Assembly (NCBI GenBank): GCA_031367385.1
Contig: JANLPS010000287.1
Span: 1-24,862 of the forward strand
Length of the DNA stretch: 24,862 bases
Source: Archangium sp.
GTDB lineage: Bacteria; Myxococcota; Myxococcia; Myxococcales; Myxococcaceae
Direction: 5' to 3'
Within the stretch, counting starts at the first letter, position 1. Every line of letters begins with the position of its first letter. A program made the position numbers and the translations under genes. Positions 1-7,181 of the stretch are shown here, one piece after another. A model generated the notes under the pieces. The model was given only the letters and a program-made list of their open reading frames with translations. It had not been told where the DNA came from and did no database searches.

Positions 1-1415
1 GAATCGAGGTCGCGGGAGCCGTAACGGGCGTAGCGGAAGTTCCTGCGGCGCTCGCGGCGGAGGGTACCGAGGCGGCGGGTTTCGCGGTGGGCCCTTTGAA
101 TTGCGGGGTGAAAGTCGAGCGGACCAGCGGTGCGGTAGGCGGCGCGGAGCCGCGCCATGCGGCGGGCATTGCGCATGGCCCAGTGTTGGCCGGCGCGTTT
201 CATTCGAATCTGGAGGACGTGGCGGTGGGCGCTCTCAACAGCGCCGCTGCCGATGGGAAAGCGACTCTCGCGGTAGAGGCGGTACTTCATGCGCTGGGCG
301 TTGACACGGTAGTAACGCACGAGGTTGTTGAGGGCCTCGAGCGCGTCGTTTTTGTCTCTGCGTCGCTTTTGCAGCTCAGGGAGGCAAGCCATCAACTCAG
401 CGATGAGAGCCTCGGGGTCGCCTTCGATGAGAAGAGCTTCGGCTCGACGCTGCCAGAGAGGAAGCCAAGGGCTGTCCTCACCAAGGAGTGCTTTGCCGCA
501 GGCGACGGCATGTTCGACGGCATGAAACCAGTCGAGAACTTGCAGCGCGTCTGGAGCAAGTTGGTCGGCGAGGGTCCAGTTGCAGGGTGCACCGTCGCCG
601 ACCCAGACCACGGCGCCCGCTTCGTCGAGGCGCTCGATGTCTAAAGACTCTTCGAGAACAGGCGCGAATTCAGCCATGCCGCCGACAATCGCGACGTAGC
701 GGGCTGTGCCTGGAATGGCAGTGTTGGTGTCAGTGTCGTGGCGGTAGGTGACGCCGACCTTGGCTTCCTTCCACGGCTCGTCGCCGCGAATCGGCAGCAT
801 GCTGCCGTCGACTTCGATGACCAGCACGTCGGGCGGTGCTGCGCTGGGTTTGAGGTGTTGCTGAAGGCGACCTTGGTCCGAGGCTTCGCACTGTGCGCCG
901 ACGCGGGCGACGACACGGCGAAAGAGATTGTCGGAAAGGGGCTGTCGGTAATGAAGCCGCCAGCGGGCGGCGCATTCGCCGTAGACATCGTTAATGGCGA
1001 AGTCGAGAACGCGCTTCTCCATCTCTGCGCTGAGCTCGCCCTCCTCAGGGAGGCTGAGCAAGTAGTCAACGGGGTAGAAGCCGTGCTTGCAGCCGTCGCA
1101 GTAATGGTAGTTGCGCTTGAACGTGACGAGGCCGGCGAGGCTCTGCACTGTGCGCTCGCGGTCACGGGCTTTCACAGGGGTGCGTTTGCCGCATTTGGGG
1201 CACGCCTTGGCGGAGGCCTTCTCGGGTTTCATGCGAGAAAGCATCAGTGCGATGGAGGGATTGGCGTGAGCGCCAGAGCCGAAGACACCTTCGACCGAAA
1301 GCTCCATTTCGGCCAACGTCATGCCGTCTCGGAAATGGAGGTCAGCGTGGCGGCGGGCGAGCTCGTTGAGCAGCTCGTCACTGCTGAAGTCTTTCAGAAC
1401 CTTTTTTCGGGCCAT
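1..1415 (-). CDS. ISKra4-family (Mutator-like DDE, UPF0236-type) transposase, 3' end beyond the left edge of the window
   Basis: Manual translation from ATG at 1415 gives an open frame of 471 codons to the window edge, beginning MARKKVLKDFSSDELLNEL. It has a Zn ribbon (CPKC...YHYCDGC), catalytic D in VIEVDGSM, WKEAKVG, D in VWVGDGAPCNW, a DxxH motif (LDWFHA) and E in PIGSGAVESAHRHV..RMKRAGQHW. It is missing from the ORF track because no stop falls in the window. Confidence 0.93.
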   Translation of the reverse strand, partial: MARKKVLKDFSSDELLNELARRHADLHFRDGMTLAEMELSVEGVFGSGAHANPSIALMLSRMKPEKASAKACPKCGKRTPVKARDRERTVQSLAGLVTFKRNYHYCDGCKHGFYPVDYLLSLPEEGELSAEMEKRVLDFAINDVYGECAARWRLHYRQPLSDNLFRRVVARVGAQCEASDQGRLQQHLKPSAAPPDVLVIEVDGSMLPIRGDEPWKEAKVGVTYRHDTDTNTAIPGTARYVAIVGGMAEFAPVLEESLDIERLDEAGAVVWVGDGAPCNWTLADQLAPDALQVLDWFHAVEHAVACGKALLGEDSPWLPLWQRRAEALLIEGDPEALIAELMACLPELQKRRRDKNDALEALNNLVRYYRVNAQRMKYRLYRESRFPIGSGAVESAHRHVLQIRMKRAGQHWAMRNARRMARLRAAYRTAGPLDFHPAIQRAHRETRRLGTLRRERRRNFRYARYGSRDLD

Positions 1416-1585
1416 GTGGCGGTGGAGATCACGAGAAGGTGCGGGTCGTCGAGAACGAAACAAACACCGGGCGCGGGCCCGATGACGACTGATCAGCCAG
1501 ACAACAAAACCGCCGAGAACCGCTCAGCTTTATCTGCCGGCCGGATCAGCCATACGCACAAAAATCTCAAACCGGTCGCTCACCC
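1..1585 (-). mobile_element. ISKra4-family insertion sequence, upstream (left) end near 1585-1586; other end outside the window
   Basis: Transposase plus about 170 bp of upstream non-coding DNA. The minus-strand end reads GGGTGAGCGACCGGTTTGAGATTTTTGTGCG, resembling the GGGTG-start termini I associate with this family. The partner IR and target duplication are not visible. Confidence 0.75.
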
Positions 1586-1597
1586 CGTCGTGTCAGA

Positions 1598-1619
1598 TGT
1601 CAGACCCTTCAGGTAAATG
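1598..1619 (+). promoter_or_regulatory. Candidate promoter TGTCAG-N10-TAAATG (PafBC/RecA-NDp-like geometry)
   Basis: TGTCAG at 1598-1603, 10 nt, TAAATG at 1614-1619, then 7 nt to an in-frame GTG at 1627. The last base of TANNNT is G rather than T. Confidence 0.4.
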
Positions 1620-1626
1620 GTTGGGC

Positions 1627-3354
1627 GTGCGAGCGGGTCAACTCAAACGGCATGCGTTCATCGACATCGAGACGACGGGTCTCGACCCTGCGGTCGATGA
1701 GGTCGTTGAGCTTGGCATCGTGCTGGTGCATGAGGGCCTGATTTTTGGGCGGCACCGATGGCGGCTGCGACATGAAAAGCCACTGTCTGCGATGATTCAG
1801 GCGCTGACCGGGCTGCCTGAGCGGGCCGACGCGTCGAACCCGAGCTTGGCTGAGGCGTGGCCTGAAATCGGTGCGCTCCTCGCAGGTCACACCGTCGTCG
1901 CGCACAACGCTTCATTCGAGCGCAGCTTTCTGAAGCCGCTCGAGGCGCTGCCGCTGGTCGACTCCTGCGAGGTCACCCACTTTCTGCACCCACAGCTGCG
2001 CAGCCACTCGCTCGACGCGCTGGTTCGCTGGGCCGAGGTGGGTGAAGGGGCCCGCCATCGCGCCCTCGACGACGCGGAGGACACGTTTCGCGTGGTGCAG
2101 GTCGCGCTCGATCGGGCAACGGGGCGTGAGTCACTGCTTCGGGTCGCGGCCGAGACGGGTGGGCCGCTCGGTGAGCTGCTGTCGTGGGGTGGGTATGGGG
2201 TGGCTGCAGCGCCAGTCGTGCGTGAGGTCAGCGCTCAGGTTCGCCTGCCTGAGGGCCTGCGAGCGCTCGAGACCGAGCGGCCTGAAGACTCGTTCTCGTC
2301 GCTGTGCCAGCGGTTCACCTCGCAAGGCGTCGACGTGGCGGTGCCGGTCTTCCGGCTGGGTGACGTGCCTGACGAAGTGCCCCGGCGCCTGCCCCCCGCG
2401 TCGCGAATCTGCCGGCAGCGGCTGCTGCAGTTGCTTGATCTGAAACGGTTTTCGCCGATAGCGACCGGCTACGTGCGGCGCTGGCTCGAGCACACCCCTC
2501 ATGGAGACCGCGCCACCCTGAGCGGGTGGATGTCGGAGCGCTGGCCCGACGTGCGGCTGCTCGGGCTGCTGGCTTTGGCCGACGCTGACTGCCGGTGCTT
2601 CGACCCGGGGCCCGGTGCAGCCGTGGTGACGCACGAGGCCGCGCTGGCGCAGCTCGGCTCGAAGCCTTTCGTGATTCTCGACGCTGCGCGCTTCACGCCA
2701 CGGCCGCTGGTGCTCGAGGGGCGCAGGCTGCGGGAGTTGCGCGCGCTGTACGAGCTCGCCGAGGCGCCGTTCGATGACGAGAGACTCCCCACGGGCCGGG
2801 CGGTGCTCGACCTGTTCGGGCCCCCATCGCTCGAAGCCCCGGTCGCTGAAGGGCTCGCTCGCGCGGTGCGATGGTTTGCGCAGCAGCTCACTCCGGTTGA
2901 ACCGGTCGACGTGACCGCCGCCTTGAAATCGGCGAACGCTTTGCTGGTGCATGACGTGGTCACCACCGAGGCGAGGTGGCTTGCGGGCCTGGGGCTGGGG
3001 GGGCTCGAGCCTGAGCGAAGGCCGGTCGCGGTCGGCTCTGAGATCAGGCGGGTGAACGAGCAGGGGCTCGACGGAGTGGTGTTGGGGTTGGGCACCATCT
3101 CTGCCGACGTGGTCACTCAGCAGGTGAACCGAGCGCCAGGGCAGGTGCGTCTGGGGTTGACCTGCCCCGCGGCGATTCGGCTCGCGAATTGGTGGCCCGG
3201 GCAACCGCTGGGGTCGCTCGAGGTGAGCGCGTTGACGGTGCTGGGCCCGATCAGAGCTGACGATCTGCGCCGGCTTCAGCTCGCCTTGCCGCCGAGCGTG
3301 ACCCGAATCACCCTGCTCGACCCGCCGCCAATCGAGCCTCGAGCTCCGACTTGA
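1627..3354 (+). CDS. DEDDh 3'-5' exonuclease (DnaQ/epsilon-like) fused to a degenerate DinG-like region
   Basis: ExoI FIDIETTGLDP, ExoII VAHNASFE and ExoIII HRALDDAEDT. The C-terminal region keeps DinG-like remnants (ICRQR, RWLEHTPHGD, VVTHEAAL, VILDAAR). Start is GTG 1627 or ATG 1597. Confidence 0.8.
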   Translation: MRAGQLKRHAFIDIETTGLDPAVDEVVELGIVLVHEGLIFGRHRWRLRHEKPLSAMIQALTGLPERADASNPSLAEAWPEIGALLAGHTVVAHNASFERSFLKPLEALPLVDSCEVTHFLHPQLRSHSLDALVRWAEVGEGARHRALDDAEDTFRVVQVALDRATGRESLLRVAAETGGPLGELLSWGGYGVAAAPVVREVSAQVRLPEGLRALETERPEDSFSSLCQRFTSQGVDVAVPVFRLGDVPDEVPRRLPPASRICRQRLLQLLDLKRFSPIATGYVRRWLEHTPHGDRATLSGWMSERWPDVRLLGLLALADADCRCFDPGPGAAVVTHEAALAQLGSKPFVILDAARFTPRPLVLEGRRLRELRALYELAEAPFDDERLPTGRAVLDLFGPPSLEAPVAEGLARAVRWFAQQLTPVEPVDVTAALKSANALLVHDVVTTEARWLAGLGLGGLEPERRPVAVGSEIRRVNEQGLDGVVLGLGTISADVVTQQVNRAPGQVRLGLTCPAAIRLANWWPGQPLGSLEVSALTVLGPIRADDLRRLQLALPPSVTRITLLDPPPIEPRAPT

Positions 3355-4036
3355 GCTTCTCGAGCGCTGCCTTGTCACCGCCGAGTGCTGCATCGACCGC
3401 ATGCTTGTCGGCCTCGGTACGCGCGCGGAGATTGCCGATCATCTTGGCGATGATCTCGAACACGTCTTGAAGCTCGTCTCCGGGGCGCAACCCGTAGGTG
3501 GGAGGCCGCATCACGCCTTCGCCGACCTCGCGGGCCATGCGCTTGATTCGAAACAGCGGGCCGACGATGCGGTGGGTGATCATGATCGCGATCGCCGCGG
3601 TGAGGGCGATGAAGAGAATGAGCCCTCCGATCAGGCCCCAGAGGGTGACCTTCTGCTGCTCGACCAGCTCGGCCTGCAGTTGCAAGGTGCGCTGCGACTC
3701 GGCGTCGAAGGCGGCGTCGATGCCCTTGCTGCGCGCTTCGAGGCTCTCGGCGAACGTGGGGTCGTTCATCTTCTCGGCGAGCTCGTTGTTGAGCGCGCAG
3801 CGGCCCAGCTCACGGCTGGTCTCAGCGGCCTTGGCGCGTGCCCCGACCGAGGCATTCATCTGATCGAACAGTGAGCTGGTCGTTCGGTACAAGAAGATGC
3901 CCAGCAGGGCCGAGACCACGAGGGTCAGCGCCACGAAGTAGCTGGCGAACTTCAGCTGAAAGGGCGCGTCGAGCAGAAAATTCTTCAGCCGGCGTCTGGG
4001 CTTCATCGGCGGCGTTGCATCAGTGGTCGGCGTCAA
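3308..4036 (-). CDS. Two-TM membrane protein with C-terminal HAMP domain and no output domain
   Basis: Two hydrophobic helices, then HRIVGPLFRIKRMAREVGEG...LRPGDELQDVFEIIAKMIGNL (HAMP pattern). TTG at 4036 overlaps the upstream stop and has GAGGG upstream; ATG at 4006 is an alternative start. Confidence 0.8.
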   Translation of the reverse strand: MTPTTDATPPMKPRRRLKNFLLDAPFQLKFASYFVALTLVVSALLGIFLYRTTSSLFDQMNASVGARAKAAETSRELGRCALNNELAEKMNDPTFAESLEARSKGIDAAFDAESQRTLQLQAELVEQQKVTLWGLIGGLILFIALTAAIAIMITHRIVGPLFRIKRMAREVGEGVMRPPTYGLRPGDELQDVFEIIAKMIGNLRARTEADKHAVDAALGGDKAALEKLKSELEARLAAGRAG

Positions 4037-4800
4037 GGTGCACCCTCGTTCTTCCAATTCAGATCGCCCGCGGCATCTTCAACGACTCGCGGGACCATGG
4101 CTTTGATGAGTGCTTCGGGTTTTCCACCTGAGGCTTTGACGTTCCAACTGCCTTGGAGTGCCTGCTCTGGGTACGTCATGATCAGCATCTCGACCTTCAA
4201 GCCCTTCTCGCTCGAGCCTGGCAGCAACTGCAGCCGCAGCTGAAAGCCTTTCAGCTTCTTCGACTTGATCAACATTTGCGCCGCCTTGCGGTCTTCACCC
4301 TCGGGAGCAAACGACGCCCCGAGCTCTGCCAACGTCTGGCGCAACAACGAATCGGCCAAGGTCGCCGCGTCGGCCATGCCGACCTTGTCGACGATCGGCT
4401 CGACGTGCAGGTAGAGCGAGCCGGGCTTGGCGACTGCGGCGGCGGCGACGCCCTTGGTCTGCAGCGAATCGAGGGCTTTTTGCAGGGCGGCCCGAAGCCC
4501 CGAGTCGGTTTCGCTGAGTGCGTCTTTGAGGCACTGCACCGCCGAGGGCTGCTTGAGCTCGGCGATGGCGTTGGCGGCCGCCGTGCGCACGACGAGCTCG
4601 CTGTCTTTGAGCGACTCGCACAGCGGCTTGACGGCGTCGGGGCTGGCGGTCTGGCTGAGCAACAACACCGTCTGCGCCTTCACGCGAGGGTCTTGGGTCG
4701 AGCGCAGCTGGCGTACGAGAAATGAGACACGCGCGTCTTCGGCCCGAGCGGGCGGTGCGAGCAGCAGGCCCACCATGATGACGAAAAATGCCGGCCGCAC
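4033..4800 (-). CDS. Exported HEAT-repeat protein
   Basis: Signal peptide MRPAFFVIMVGLLLAPPARA from GTG 4800. HEAT/PBS-like repeats: DPRVKAQTVLLLSQ, LKDSELVVRTAAANAIAEL, LSETDSGLRAALQKALDSL. Confidence 0.8.
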   Translation of the reverse strand: MRPAFFVIMVGLLLAPPARAEDARVSFLVRQLRSTQDPRVKAQTVLLLSQTASPDAVKPLCESLKDSELVVRTAAANAIAELKQPSAVQCLKDALSETDSGLRAALQKALDSLQTKGVAAAAVAKPGSLYLHVEPIVDKVGMADAATLADSLLRQTLAELGASFAPEGEDRKAAQMLIKSKKLKGFQLRLQLLPGSSEKGLKVEMLIMTYPEQALQGSWNVKASGGKPEALIKAMVPRVVEDAAGDLNWKNEGAP

Positions 4801-4843
4801 GAGCCGCGAAGCATAGCCCGATGTCCTGTGGTAGCAGCGCGAC

Positions 4844-5320
4844 ATGATCGCCACAGTGCTCACGCTGGTGTTGTGCGCAGAGCCCACATTGGCGATGTCG
4901 GGAGATCTCCCGAAGCCGACCACCTTGCGCATCACAGACCTCGAAGCGCTTGGAGTGGTCACCGAGACCGTCAACGGCAAGACCCTGACCGGCGCGTCGC
5001 TGCAGAAGGTGCTCGAGGCGTTGGGTCACGGCCCCGGGCCAGAGGGCAAAGACGTGCCCAAGGCGAAGAAGCATTCGGGGCATCGCAAGGTGGTCATCGC
5101 GCATGCGCGTGACGGGTATGAGGCGGTTTTCAGCTCGGCTGAGCTCGATGAGAGGGTCGGCACCACCAGAGCGCTGATCGTCTGGGCCGTCGACGGCAAG
5201 CCGGTCGAAGAGAAAGACGGGCCCTTCAAGCTGGCGGTGATCAGCGATCGATCTTCTGCGCGGTCGATTCACCAACTCGACCGAATCGACGTGCGCGCGG
5301 TGACCGCGCAGCGCGTCTGA
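4844..5320 (+). CDS. Exported protein of the molybdopterin-dependent oxidoreductase (sulfite-oxidase-like) binding-domain family
   Basis: GASLQKVLEALG, AHARDGYEAVFSSAEL, LIVWAVDGKPV and DGPFKLAV..D...ARSIHQLDRI match the family pattern; short signal peptide. Confidence 0.7.
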   Translation: MIATVLTLVLCAEPTLAMSGDLPKPTTLRITDLEALGVVTETVNGKTLTGASLQKVLEALGHGPGPEGKDVPKAKKHSGHRKVVIAHARDGYEAVFSSAELDERVGTTRALIVWAVDGKPVEEKDGPFKLAVISDRSSARSIHQLDRIDVRAVTAQRV

Positions 5321-5339
5321 CGCGACGAGGCTGGGCTTG

Positions 5340-5391
5340 CATGGTTCGACAAGCTCACCATGAGAGCTCACTCTGCGCTCACCGTGAGAGC
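5340..5391. repeat. REP-like element CATGGTTCGACAAGCTCACCATG plus a degenerate partial copy
   Basis: Lies between convergent stop codons. Bulged palindrome CATGGT...ACCATG at 5340-5362; 15-bp direct repeat GCTCACCRTGAGAGC at 5353-5367 and 5377-5391. Confidence 0.7.
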
Positions 5392-5400
5392 GTGAATCGG

Positions 5401-6396
5401 TTATCGAGTGAGCGGCCCAGCGTCTGGCAACTCGACACCAGCGTCACTGATCAACAACGCGTGCAATGCATCAGCGAACGCCAATACGCCCTCGACGTAC
5501 GCGGCTTCGTGGTTGTACGACCACACGGCCTTGCTGCGCCCCTTGGCGAACCCGTTCTCGCTCAAGTACCGGCCCACCGAAGCGATCGAATCATCGAAGT
5601 CGAACAGATCGATCTTCCCATCGCCGTTGCCGTCGTCGGCCCAGCGCAGGCTCGCAGGCATGAACTGCGGGTACCCGAGCGCTCCAGCCCAGCTGCCTTT
5701 GATCTCGAGGGTATCGATGCCCTTGGCTTTGCACTGCCGCACCAGGGCCACCAAATTGCGCCGCGCCCGCTCGCGAATGGTCTCGACCCGCCGCTTCTGC
5801 GCCTCGGGGTCGCCCATTTTCTTCTCTTCTTTGCGCGACATCGCCACCGCGCTGGCCTCGTCGATGAAAAACGCCTGAGAGGTGAACGCGTTGAAGGCCC
5901 GGTAGTCACCGGTGATGGTGCCGAGCTTGGTCTCCCACATCAAAATCGCCACGATGACCTCGCGGTCGACCTTGGTCTTGGCTTCGACCGCGGCGAGCAC
6001 CGGCGCATGGGCCCGGGAGAAGTCGGCGCCTGACGCCAGCCGCTCGGGTTTCAAGAACAGCTTCTTCAAGTCGAGGTGATCTTGCCGCTGCTTGACGATC
6101 ATCGACGGCGCCACGATCGCGACCGTGCGATCTCCGTAGACCAGCTGGGCGCGCGGGTCGTCGAGCATCGCCTCGGCCTCGGCCTGGCTGAGCGCCATTT
6201 CACCGATCGCGCCACCGCCGCCATCAGGCAGCCCTCGGGTGAAATCGTGAATCAAACCGGCCCTCGACGCGCTCCCGGGGCCGAGCTTGGCCGACAGGCG
6301 CCAGGTCGAAGGCACCGCCACATCGAACCCTGCATCACCCGTCACGCCCGCATCGACTGCACCCACGGCAAGCACCAGCACCAACGAAAGCGTCAT
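5401..6396 (-). CDS. MltB-like lytic murein transglycosylase (SLT_2 family)
   Basis: VIVAILMWETKLG (catalytic Glu), GSWAGALGYPQFMPAS, EF-hand-like DGNGDGKIDL, DSIASVGRYL, YNH. Confidence 0.92.
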   Translation of the reverse strand: MTLSLVLVLAVGAVDAGVTGDAGFDVAVPSTWRLSAKLGPGSASRAGLIHDFTRGLPDGGGGAIGEMALSQAEAEAMLDDPRAQLVYGDRTVAIVAPSMIVKQRQDHLDLKKLFLKPERLASGADFSRAHAPVLAAVEAKTKVDREVIVAILMWETKLGTITGDYRAFNAFTSQAFFIDEASAVAMSRKEEKKMGDPEAQKRRVETIRERARRNLVALVRQCKAKGIDTLEIKGSWAGALGYPQFMPASLRWADDGNGDGKIDLFDFDDSIASVGRYLSENGFAKGRSKAVWSYNHEAAYVEGVLAFADALHALLISDAGVELPDAGPLTR

Positions 6397-6438
6397 AGCG
6401 CTCGCATATCAGTCTTCTCCTCGTTCAGAGTACGTGGC

Positions 6439-7149
6439 GTGAAAGCCACGGTGCTCCAACTCCCCGCGCGGTGGAACCAGCCCGACCAGGCGCTGGCGCA
6501 GATCGACGAGCTGCTCACCGAGGGCACACCCACCGACCTGGTCTTGCTGCCGGAGGCGTGCCTGACCGGGTACCTCTCACCCGACCTCGAGCTCGACCTC
6601 ACCCCGTTCGCCGAGCCGCGCGATGGCCCCACCGCTCAGAAACTCTCAGCCCTCGCGGTCAAGCACCACACGCACCTGATCGGGCCGTTGATCGAGCGCG
6701 ACGGCGACGCCTGCTACAACGCGATGATCGGCTTCGACCCGAGCGGCCGGTGCGTGGTGCACTACCGAAAGCGCCACCCCTGGGTGCCCGAGACCTGGGC
6801 CACGCCCTCCGACAATGCCCTCCCGTTGCTCGAGATCGACGGGCACACCGTCTGTTTGGCCGTCTGCTTCGATCTCCACTTTCTGCGCGACGAGAGCGCG
6901 GCCCAGCTGAGCGCCGCCGACACCCTGCTCTTCGCCTCGGCCTGGGTCGACGAGACCGACGCGCTCCGCCTGCGCCTGCTCACCGGCCTCGCGACCGACT
7001 TCACCCTCAACGTGGTCAACGCCAACTGGGGCCCAGGGTCACCGCGCATCAAAGGCCAGGGCAACTCGCTGATTCTCGACCCCTCTGGGCGCACCCTGGC
7101 CCGCGGAGGCCCCCGCCTCGACGCTACCCTCGGCAAAGCCACCAGTTGA
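6439..7149 (+). CDS. Carbon-nitrogen hydrolase (nitrilase superfamily)
   Basis: Glu-Lys-Cys triad in DLVLLPEA, YRKRHP and AVCFDL; also GNSLILDPSG. Start placed at GTG 6439. Confidence 0.92.
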   Translation: MKATVLQLPARWNQPDQALAQIDELLTEGTPTDLVLLPEACLTGYLSPDLELDLTPFAEPRDGPTAQKLSALAVKHHTHLIGPLIERDGDACYNAMIGFDPSGRCVVHYRKRHPWVPETWATPSDNALPLLEIDGHTVCLAVCFDLHFLRDESAAQLSAADTLLFASAWVDETDALRLRLLTGLATDFTLNVVNANWGPGSPRIKGQGNSLILDPSGRTLARGGPRLDATLGKATS

Positions 7150-7181
7150 CCTTGCGCAGGGGCTGGGTCATTGGCCTCTGT

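Noticed and set aside
87..1616. Plus-strand ORFs 87-644 and 738-1616, and minus-strand ORF 641-1165
   Set aside because: Antisense or off-frame shadows of the minus-strand transposase; no recognisable motifs.
5340..5400. Short direct repeats as a possible mini CRISPR array
   Set aside because: Only two 15-bp copies 9 nt apart, no spacer-sized unique segments and no cas genes in the window.
5341..6033. ORF beginning MVRQAHHE
   Set aside because: Starts inside the REP-like repeat and runs antisense to the transglycosylase gene.
6076..6438. N-terminal extension of the nitrilase ORF
   Set aside because: Overlaps the transglycosylase gene on the opposite strand; the domain starts at GTG 6439.
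6471..7181. 237-codon N-terminal extension of the methyltransferase ORF, suggesting a fusion or frameshift
   Set aside because: Arg/Pro-rich off-frame reading of the nitrilase gene, typical of high-GC DNA; both genes are complete separately.
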